A stretch of DNA of 4,489 nt, from the IMG/VR virus record IMGVR_UViG_2675903606_000011; one strand, given 5' to 3'. A program made the position numbers and the translations under genes. The notes under the pieces were generated by a model. It made no database searches and was not told the DNA's origin. It saw only the letters and a list, made by a program, of their open reading frames with translations. Source of the DNA: a virus (lineage: Duplodnaviria; Heunggongvirae; Uroviricota; Caudoviricetes). This document shows positions 1 through 4,489 of the stretch, piece after piece; the stretch's first letter is position 1; each line of letters opens with the position of its first letter.

Positions 1-182
1 GTGGCCCGCCAGGTATCTGCATCCAGCTCTTCACCGGTATACTCTGCATCCGTCAGATAAACCGCGATCGCAGGAAAATCCTCTTCGTCAAAAACAACGG
101 GGCGACCATCAAACAGCGTCGCCCCGTGTTCATGCTGCTCGAGTGCATCCAGCACTGCCGCACGGATATCAGTATGTTTCAT
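1..182 (-). CDS. U: Tail tube terminator protein, lambda gpU homolog (5' part only; runs off the window start)
   Basis: My reverse-complement translation from the ATG at 182-180 gives MKHTDIRAAVLDALEQHEHGATLFDGRPVVFDEEDFPAIAVYLTDAEYTGEELDADTWRA..., open to position 1. This closely matches the lambda gpU N-terminus as I recall it (MKHTELRAAVLDALEKHDTGATFFDGRPAVFDEADFPAVAVYLTGAEYTGEELDSDTWQA). The ATG overlaps the Z stop (ATGA, TGA at 181-179). Not in the ORF track because it is truncated at about 60 codons. Confidence 0.85.
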   Translation of the reverse strand, partial: MKHTDIRAAVLDALEQHEHGATLFDGRPVVFDEEDFPAIAVYLTDAEYTGEELDADTWRA

Positions 183-754
183 CGTTTTATCGCAATCCTC
201 AGCTGTTGTTTCAGCGCGTATGCCAGTTCTCCGGGCAGACGTTCACGCCGGATACGGTCAACGTTTTCATCAAACGCCTGTTTCAGTGGGGCCGCCATCG
301 GGATTTTCACCACCTGAATAGGAAGGCGATTACGCTTTTTCCTGCCCTTGTCGTCATTGCCCTTCTCATATCTGGCCTGGGGAAGACGTTGCATAACATG
401 CCAGCGCCCATTATTTAATCGCTGGATAAATGCCCGCTGATAACGATGCTGACCGGCTTTGAGTATGCTGTCCGGACGACGCCCCAGCATTCTGATCCCC
501 AGCTTAATCACAGGAAGATCACCGCGGTTAACGATAATTTTTGCATTCGGATTTCTGACCGTGGCCCGTTTCAGTCTGGACCGTTCCTTTACCAGTTTCC
601 GTCTCACCCTGGTTTCCCGGGCAACCTGTGATGAAGACTGATTAATCGCCGTTGTGGCCACGCGGTTAATCGTCATTGCTGAAGCCGCCGGAATGGCGTT
701 TTTACGAACCCGGCTCAGATTATCAATCGCCTGAGCAAGCCCTTTTATCGCCAT
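179..754 (-). CDS. Z: Tail completion protein, lambda gpZ homolog (191 aa)
   Basis: ORF track 179..754(-). N-terminus MAIKGLAQAIDNLSRV..., internal FIQRLNNGRWHVMQR and C-terminus VVKIPMAAP...RIRRERLPGELAYALKQQLRIAIKR match lambda gpZ from memory. Length matches lambda Z (192 aa). ATG at 754-752 is preceded by GGGTGA; position after FII is syntenic. Confidence 0.9.
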   Translation of the reverse strand: MAIKGLAQAIDNLSRVRKNAIPAASAMTINRVATTAINQSSSQVARETRVRRKLVKERSRLKRATVRNPNAKIIVNRGDLPVIKLGIRMLGRRPDSILKAGQHRYQRAFIQRLNNGRWHVMQRLPQARYEKGNDDKGRKKRNRLPIQVVKIPMAAPLKQAFDENVDRIRRERLPGELAYALKQQLRIAIKR

Positions 755-769
755 AATTTCACCCTGCGT

Positions 770-1123
770 TTATCGTCGCCGGTTAACTGCGGGGGGTTGC
801 CCACGGTTGAGCCAGAGATAACAGCTTCCCCCGTCATCCGGAGAAACACGATCCACCCAGAACATCTCGCCGTTAATGGTCAGCGTGTCACCACGCCGCA
901 CGGCACGCACCGTATCCGTCCGCACAAATAATGACGGGCTGCTTCCTTCAATACGGACCCCGCCACCGGCAAAACCCAGCGACTCCGGATCGTCAAAAAC
1001 CCCCTGAACTTCGCCGCCACGTTGTGCTCCGGAGGTGAACTGCGCACGGATCCCCATCACTTCAACGATCGTACTGTCCACCCCGGCAAGGGCAGCATCA
1101 AAGGCATTCTGAAAATCACGCAT
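770..1123 (-). CDS. FII: Head-tail joining protein, lambda gpFII homolog (117 aa)
   Basis: ORF track 770..1123(-). MRDFQNAFDAA..., GVFDDPE, VRIEGSSPSLFVRTD, RRGDTLTI and C-terminus FWVDRVSPDDGGSCYLWLNRGQPPAVNRRR are near-identical to lambda gpFII as I recall it. Same length as lambda FII. ATG at 1123-1121 overlaps the FI stop (TGA 1118-1116) by 8 nt. Confidence 0.9.
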   Translation of the reverse strand: MRDFQNAFDAALAGVDSTIVEVMGIRAQFTSGAQRGGEVQGVFDDPESLGFAGGGVRIEGSSPSLFVRTDTVRAVRRGDTLTINGEMFWVDRVSPDDGGSCYLWLNRGQPPAVNRRR

Positions 1124-1499
1124 ATTCAGCCGTTCCGTGCTGTATCATAGCCGTTGCCAGTGATGATGGCACCAGAACACGCATACCCCGTAACGCCAGC
1201 TCAACGGGACGACCTGTCTCCGGGCAATACCCCATTACTTGCAGGCACTTCCGTACCCGGACGGCTTTAACATCATCCGGAGCATCCGTGTTGTTCAACT
1301 GCTCACCATCGTCTGTGTGATTTTGATCAGCCCCGCTCTCATCAGAGTGCATAATGCCCTCCGGGGAAACAGCAAGCTCCTCTTCCCACTCAGACACACG
1401 TTGAGCAATATCCGCAGCACTCCCCGACATATCCGCCTCGCGCCCCAGCAGGCCAGCCAGTTGACGAAGACGATTCAGATTTTCTTCTTTTGTTGCCAT
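1116..1499 (-). CDS. FI: DNA-packaging/head assembly accessory protein, lambda gpFI homolog (127 aa from the revised start)
   Basis: ORF track gives 1116..1547, but its first 16 codons start at a GTG inside a GC hairpin. The in-frame ATG at 1499-1497 (MATKEENLNRLRQLAGLL...) is preceded by AGGAGG (1510-1505) with a 5-nt spacer. The product has a lambda FI-like layout: helical N-terminus, acidic low-complexity linker (SDESGADQNHTDDGEQLNNTDAPDD), compact C-terminal domain; lambda FI is 132 aa. Identity to lambda is moderate; the call relies on synteny plus pattern. Confidence 0.8.
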   Translation of the reverse strand: MATKEENLNRLRQLAGLLGREADMSGSAADIAQRVSEWEEELAVSPEGIMHSDESGADQNHTDDGEQLNNTDAPDDVKAVRVRKCLQVMGYCPETGRPVELALRGMRVLVPSSLATAMIQHGTAEYA

Positions 1500-1504
1500 C
1501 TCAG

Positions 1505-1510
1505 CCTCCT
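1505..1510 (-). promoter_or_regulatory. Shine-Dalgarno (AGGAGG) for FI
   Basis: Minus-strand sequence ACAGGAGGCTGAG-ATG read directly; the SD sits 5 nt upstream of the proposed FI ATG (1499-1497). Confidence 0.7.
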
Positions 1511-1513
1511 GTG

Positions 1514-1543
1514 AAAAAAGACACGGGGGCATTTCGCCCCCGC
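1514..1543 (-). terminator. Intrinsic-terminator-like hairpin plus U-tract between E and FI
   Basis: Minus-strand RNA reads ...UAA UCCGUGAG CGGGGGC GAAAU GCCCCCG UGUC UUUUUU CACAGGAGG...; 7-8 bp G/C stem (plus 1525-1530 pairs with 1536-1541), 5-nt loop, then a U6 tract (plus-strand A6 at 1514-1519). It lies 8 nt after the E stop codon and just before the FI SD. Probably read through under Q antitermination; may act as a partial terminator or 3' stabiliser. Confidence 0.45.
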
Positions 1544-1550
1544 TCACGGA

Positions 1551-2579
1551 TTATTTCACCTGTACCACCACAAACTCATCAGGATCCGGCAGCACCATCA
1601 GCGGAGCGGACTGCGTCATGGTGAATTCACAGGACGGATCGCCCACGGTCAGCCAGTGTTTCGGGTAACGGGAAGAAGCCACCACTCCTTCAGACAACGC
1701 CTGTGCATCCTTAATGGCTCCATAGCAACGAATCCCCTCTGCCGCCGTATTCCCCAGCACCAGCATGCCCTCCGGCAGATAACGTTTTTCGGTACCGTCC
1801 TCTGCCACATAAGACGTTTTCGCCACCACAATGGCCAGATCGCCGTAATACCCCTTGAAGGACACCACTGCGCCCAGATCTTTCACTGCCGTTTCGAGTT
1901 GTGAATTTGAGCCGCGACGGGTATCCAGTTTTTCGCGGAACAGCTTAAAGCCATTCAGCAGACGCCAGACCGTACCGTCCATAATGGCGATATTCACAAG
2001 GCCGCTGGCCTGATCGCAGTAGAGGTCAATATCATGCGTCGGATCAAACGTATCACGGTCCTGCTCAGACCATTTTTTACCGTCAGCCTGCTCAATGTTA
2101 TTTCCTTCAGAGCGCCCGAAATCCACCTCAACCGTGTCAAACTGATCCCCTTCCATGGTGTATTTGCCATACAGCACGGCATTCACCGCCTGCATTTCTT
2201 CCACCTGGACAATGGCGTGCTCTTCCTGTTTGAGGTTATCGGTAATGATACGCAGACGACGGTAGGCCGGGTCGTTCAGCTGAGCCGGATCTTCACCAGG
2301 AAGGCGCTCAACCGCCTGCTGGTAATTAAATTCGTGTTTGGGCTTGACGTAGCCCGGACGTAACACGCGGGTTTCACCACCACGATGGCGCAGCACTTTT
2401 CCTTCAACGATCGGGGAGACATAGGCCGCCACCGGCGTTTTTCCGGTAATTTTGTCCAGCATCACCTCTTCGGTGTGGAAATTCACCGTACGGCGGAAAA
2501 ACAGCTCCAGAAACAGCGCACGGAATTTCACTTTTTGTTCGGTATAACCGAGTAACTGGCGGGTCGTAAACAATCCCAT
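1551..2579 (-). CDS. E: Major capsid protein, lambda gpE homolog (342 aa)
   Basis: ORF track 1551..2579(-). Long runs identical or near-identical to lambda gpE as I recall it: YVSPIV, PGYVKPKHE, DPAYRRLRII, VQVEEMQAVNAVLYGKYTM, KLDTRRGSNSQLETAVKDLG, MVLGNT, YPKHWLTVGDPSCEFTMTQSAPLMVLPDPDEFV. Lambda E is 341 aa. ATG at 2579-2577 is preceded by AAAGGAA; TAA stop at 1553-1551. Confidence 0.95.
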   Translation of the reverse strand: MGLFTTRQLLGYTEQKVKFRALFLELFFRRTVNFHTEEVMLDKITGKTPVAAYVSPIVEGKVLRHRGGETRVLRPGYVKPKHEFNYQQAVERLPGEDPAQLNDPAYRRLRIITDNLKQEEHAIVQVEEMQAVNAVLYGKYTMEGDQFDTVEVDFGRSEGNNIEQADGKKWSEQDRDTFDPTHDIDLYCDQASGLVNIAIMDGTVWRLLNGFKLFREKLDTRRGSNSQLETAVKDLGAVVSFKGYYGDLAIVVAKTSYVAEDGTEKRYLPEGMLVLGNTAAEGIRCYGAIKDAQALSEGVVASSRYPKHWLTVGDPSCEFTMTQSAPLMVLPDPDEFVVVQVK

Positions 2580-2597
2580 AAATCAGTTCCTTTCATT

Positions 2598-2629
2598 AAA
2601 AAATCAGTCAGGCCACCGCGGTGGCCTGA
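2598..2629 (-). terminator. Perfect 22-nt palindrome (hairpin) followed by a U-tract, between D and E
   Basis: Plus 2608-2629 tcaggccaccgcggtggcctga is its own reverse complement. On the minus-strand RNA it forms an 8-9 bp GC-rich stem with a tight CGCG loop, followed by CUGA and UUUUUU (plus-strand A6 at 2598-2603). It starts about 8 nt after the D stop and ends about 18 nt before the E ATG. Confidence 0.4.
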
Positions 2630-2636
2630 TAACGTG

Positions 2637-2984
2637 TTACGGCAGCGCCGCGTGACTCAGGGCACTGCCGGTAAAGGCGTTGGCCTTTTTGTGTTCATCC
2701 ACACTTTCAGGCCAGCGGATTGCCTCCGTCGCAAAGGTCCCCGACTTGTAATACGTCAGCACCGCCTCTGTGCCTTCAAGCGGCAGTACCAGTATGCCAA
2801 CCGCACTACCGGCTTTCTGTCCATCCCAGACAACCAGTTTCCCGCTGGCTTCATCCGGCATCAGGGGCGTCAGTGCCGGTGTTGCCTGAGAAATCCCGCT
2901 GCTGCCTGTGGCGGTATGAGCCGGATCATTACCGGCAAAAATACGTACTTCTGCACGTTGTTCAGTGATGGTTTTCGTTACCAT
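2637..2984 (-). CDS. D: Head decoration protein, lambda gpD homolog (115 aa)
   Basis: ORF track 2637..2984(-). Motifs NDPAHTAT, TPLM, KLVVWDG, AVGIL, YYKSGTF match lambda gpD from memory (SDPAHTAT...MTPLM...KLVAWDG...AVGIL...FYKSGTF). Lambda D is 110 aa. ATG at 2984-2982 with GAGG upstream; TAA stop at 2639-2637. Confidence 0.9.
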   Translation of the reverse strand: MVTKTITEQRAEVRIFAGNDPAHTATGSSGISQATPALTPLMPDEASGKLVVWDGQKAGSAVGILVLPLEGTEAVLTYYKSGTFATEAIRWPESVDEHKKANAFTGSALSHAALP

Positions 2985-3020
2985 ATTGTAAAAACCTCAT
3001 ATTGATGGTCAGCACTGACT

Positions 3021-3623
3021 TCATGGCATGGCCATGAGCATTTTCACGTCCGCATCACCGTCTGCTGACGTCTGTGACACGCCACCCCGCACCGCTGCCG
3101 GTGAATGATTCGCCATGAAATGTTCAAACAGGGCGGTTGTGGATGCAGAGACCGGTTCTGCTTTATCCGGCGATGAGGACAGAATGTCGCGGGCAGCCTC
3201 CACCGTCATTCCGGGAAACGCCGCCAGTTTTTCAGCCTGCGCCTCAGCCCCTTTTGCCTCATCCAGAGCCATAATCTGATCACGGAGTGAGGGTCCGGCA
3301 TCCGCCAGTGGTGCAGCCGCAAGGATCGGGCGGGCTTTTTCCACCGTCATCTCCGGCATCGCCGCCAGCGTTGCCGCCAGTTGTTCACGACCGTTCGCTT
3401 CTTCACACGCCATAATGCGATCGGCTTCACTCTGCGTGGATGCCACCGGCTGCTGTGGTGCTGCCGCGGTCAGAATCGCCCGGGCCTGTTCAACGCTCAT
3501 GCCCTGTTGTCCTGCCAGCATCGTGGCAAGGTGTTCACGTCCTTTCGCTTCCTGACACGTCAGGATCCCCATCACTCGCTGGTTCTCCTGCGCGGCAGCT
3601 TCCGTTGCAGTTAATTGCGGCAT
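3021..3623 (-). CDS. Nu3: Nested in-frame scaffolding protein, lambda Nu3-like (C-terminal 200 aa of C, from internal ATG)
   Basis: Internal ATG at 3623-3621 (Met248 of C) is preceded by a perfect AGGAGG (3633-3628, 4-nt spacer), which itself encodes Gly-Gly of C. The product MPQLTATEAAAQENQRVMGILTCQEAKG... (200 aa) shares the C stop. In lambda, Nu3 is encoded in the same frame within the 3' part of C (about 200 codons), so size and position match. Independent expression is inferred from the SD, not demonstrated. Confidence 0.6.
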   Translation of the reverse strand: MPQLTATEAAAQENQRVMGILTCQEAKGREHLATMLAGQQGMSVEQARAILTAAAPQQPVASTQSEADRIMACEEANGREQLAATLAAMPEMTVEKARPILAAAPLADAGPSLRDQIMALDEAKGAEAQAEKLAAFPGMTVEAARDILSSSPDKAEPVSASTTALFEHFMANHSPAAVRGGVSQTSADGDADVKMLMAMP

Positions 3624-4364
3624 AGTGCCTCCTGTATCATGTGTGTTCAGCGCCGCATCAATCCGCTGCTGCATGTCCTGGCGAATCTCTTCCGGCAACG
3701 CTTCAAACTGATTGCCATCCACCTTGTGCGCCCCTGAGTAAATCAGCGTGATATCCACACCGGCCTGCGCCAGATGACCGGCATAGCTGACATGGCTCAT
3801 CATCACGCCAATGGAGCCGATACGGGATGTCTGGGTAACCAGCCGTCGGGAGCAGGCCGACGCCAGCAGCATGGCTGCAGAACAGGCCGTGTCATTGCAC
3901 AGTGCCCAGACCGGCTTCTGCTGACGGAGGCGGTAAATCATGTCAGCACAGTCAAACGCACCGGCGGCCTGCCCGCCCGGACTGTCAATGTCCAGCAGTA
4001 CACCCCGCACCTGGCTATCCGCCATTGCCTGCTGAAGACAGGCGACAATGCCGTCATAGCCTGTCATTCCGGAAAATGGCCGCATACCCCCCAGCCGGTG
4101 CACCAGCGTGCCTGTCACCGGCAGTACAGCAATACCGTTCACCACCTGGTAAACACGGGCCGGTCGTTTACCTCCGGCCATGTACTCGTCCGTTTCAGCC
4201 AGCATTCCGGGTGCATCAAGCTGTACCTGCTGTTGTGGTACCGAAAGACTTGCTGCCCCCATCTCGCGCCCGAGCGCGCAAAAGAAAACCCGCGCATAGG
4301 CGGGCTCCAGAAGCAGCGGTTCATTGAATGCTGCGGCAATAATGTGTGAAAGATTACGTCTCAC
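3021..4364 (-). CDS. C: Prohead protease / minor capsid protein, lambda gpC homolog (S49/ClpP-like), 447 aa, apparent GTG start
   Basis: ORF track 3021..4364(-). The N-terminal two thirds match lambda gpC from memory: AFNEPLLLEPAYARVFFCAL, VVNGIAVLPVTGTLV, MTGYDGI, GVLLDIDSPGG, AGAFDCADMI, KPVWAL, SRRLVTQTSRIGSIGVMM, ITLIYSGAHKVDGN. The first codon is GTG (plus 4362-4364 = cac); there is no in-frame ATG upstream of the conserved AFNEPL motif, and an in-frame TAG lies 12 codons upstream. GAGGAG sits 10 nt upstream. Stop TGA at 3023-3021. Confidence 0.9.
   Translation of the reverse strand: MRRNLSHIIAAAFNEPLLLEPAYARVFFCALGREMGAASLSVPQQQVQLDAPGMLAETDEYMAGGKRPARVYQVVNGIAVLPVTGTLVHRLGGMRPFSGMTGYDGIVACLQQAMADSQVRGVLLDIDSPGGQAAGAFDCADMIYRLRQQKPVWALCNDTACSAAMLLASACSRRLVTQTSRIGSIGVMMSHVSYAGHLAQAGVDITLIYSGAHKVDGNQFEALPEEIRQDMQQRIDAALNTHDTGGTMPQLTATEAAAQENQRVMGILTCQEAKGREHLATMLAGQQGMSVEQARAILTAAAPQQPVASTQSEADRIMACEEANGREQLAATLAAMPEMTVEKARPILAAAPLADAGPSLRDQIMALDEAKGAEAQAEKLAAFPGMTVEAARDILSSSPDKAEPVSASTTALFEHFMANHSPAAVRGGVSQTSADGDADVKMLMAMP
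3168..3578 (-). repeat. Three tandem copies of a roughly 40-50 aa motif in the C/Nu3 C-terminal domain (coding repeat)
   Basis: C residues 263-303 RVMGILTCQEAKGREHLATMLAGQQGMSVEQARAILTAAAP; 316-352 RIMACEEANGREQLAATLAAMPEMTVEKARPILAAAP; 363-399 QIMALDEAKGAEAQAEKLAAFPGMTVEAARDILSSSP. Consensus IMxxxEAxGxExxAxxLAxxPxMTVExARxILxxxP, period about 47-53 aa. Seen directly in the translation. Confidence 0.75.
3628..3633 (-). promoter_or_regulatory. Internal Shine-Dalgarno (AGGAGG) for the nested Nu3-like start
   Basis: Minus-strand ...ACA GGA GGC ACT ATG CCG... read directly from the sequence. This is the strongest SD in the window and lies inside the C reading frame. Confidence 0.6.
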
Positions 4365-4489
4365 GTGGTGTTGTCTCCTCTTCCGGCCTGCGACTCTCCG
4401 CTATCTGCTGCTGATACGCCTGCGCTATCCACACCGGACGTGAGAGTCCGGCTTTTTCCCGCTCTGCAGATTCCCTGACCTGCTGGCGG
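4354..4489 (-). CDS. B: Portal protein, lambda gpB homolog, C-terminal 44 codons only (5' end outside the window)
   Basis: My reverse-complement translation of 4489..4354 in the one protein-like frame gives ...RQQVRESAEREKAGLSRPVWIAQAYQQQIAESRRPEEETTPRET with TAA at 4356-4354. It overlaps the C start by 11 nt; allowing for the C N-terminus being about 3 codons shorter than lambda's, this reproduces the 20-nt B/C overlap I recall for lambda. The call is by synteny and frame quality; I cannot verify the portal C-terminal sequence from memory. Confidence 0.6.
   Translation of the reverse strand, partial: RQQVRESAEREKAGLSRPVWIAQAYQQQIAESRRPEEETTPRET

Noticed and set aside
126-641. Plus-strand ORFs 126..317, 143..418, 446..631 and 459..641 opposite U and Z
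   Set aside because: Antisense to U/Z homologs, which are strongly supported by lambda homology; shadow ORFs.
1500-1547. ORF-track N-terminal extension of FI (MSGGEMPPCLFSQEAE...)
   Set aside because: Begins at a GTG inside the GC hairpin with no SD; the downstream ATG at 1499 has a canonical AGGAGG and gives a lambda-like FI length.
1239-2363. Plus-strand ORFs 1239..1514, 1656..1904 and 2034..2363 opposite FI and E
   Set aside because: Antisense to conserved genes, low-complexity or Arg/His-rich translations; no start-site support.
2634-3005. Plus-strand ORFs 2634..3005 (123 aa) and 2720..2968 (82 aa) opposite the D gene
   Set aside because: Antisense to the conserved decoration-protein gene; Cys/Arg-rich junk composition; no recognisable homology or RBS.
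1649-4339. Small out-of-frame minus-strand ORFs nested in E and C (1649..1831, 1994..2182, 4139..4339)
   Set aside because: Alternative frames of genes whose main frame has strong homology support; Trp/Arg/Cys-rich translations; no independent evidence.
3774-4349. Plus-strand ORF of 191 aa (and overlapping 3902..4327, 141 aa) inside the C gene
   Set aside because: Entirely antisense to a well-conserved protease gene; translation is Arg/Cys/His/Pro-rich and non-protein-like; no SD; typical shadow ORF of a GC-rich coding region.
4361-4489. Alternative frame for the portal 3' end terminating at TGA 4363-4361 (GTGA overlap with the C start)
   Set aside because: That frame translates to a Gly/Ser/Ala-rich string (PPAGQGICRAGKSRTLTSGVDSAGVSAADSGES...) that is less protein-like, whereas the frame ending at TAA 4356-4354 is protein-like and gives a lambda-like B/C overlap. 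It remains a minority possibility.
1-4489. Search for a hidden defence/cargo system, CRISPR array, tRNA, IS element or integrase
   Set aside because: The window is fully tiled by the eight head/tail genes with only two short gaps of about 50-57 nt and a few gaps under 40 nt, leaving no room for an additional gene. No direct-repeat/spacer periodicity, tRNA-like cloverleaf or transposase-like ORF was seen. Any moron or defence locus would have to lie outside this window.

Overview
The whole window is one co-directional block of lambda-like phage head-morphogenesis genes, all on the minus strand, in canonical lambda order: portal B (3' end only) - protease/scaffold C with nested in-frame Nu3 - decoration protein D - major capsid protein E - FI - FII - tail completion Z - tail terminator U (5' end only). 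Calls rest on my reading of the supplied ORF translations and my own reverse-complement translation of the two window edges, compared with lambda protein sequences from memory; no database search was run. Gene junctions are lambda-like (overlapping stop/start at B/C, FI/FII and Z/U; short gaps of about 50-57 nt on either side of E). I found no tRNA, CRISPR, IS element, integrase or obvious cargo/defence gene; plus-strand ORFs are antisense shadows. I do not see an undescribed system here. The points worth a second look are architectural: a GTG-initiated protease gene with a strong internal AGGAGG-ATG start for the nested scaffold, a threefold tandem repeat in the C/Nu3 C-terminal domain, and two terminator-like hairpins bracketing the major capsid gene. 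The region is most likely part of an enterobacterial lambdoid prophage or phage genome.
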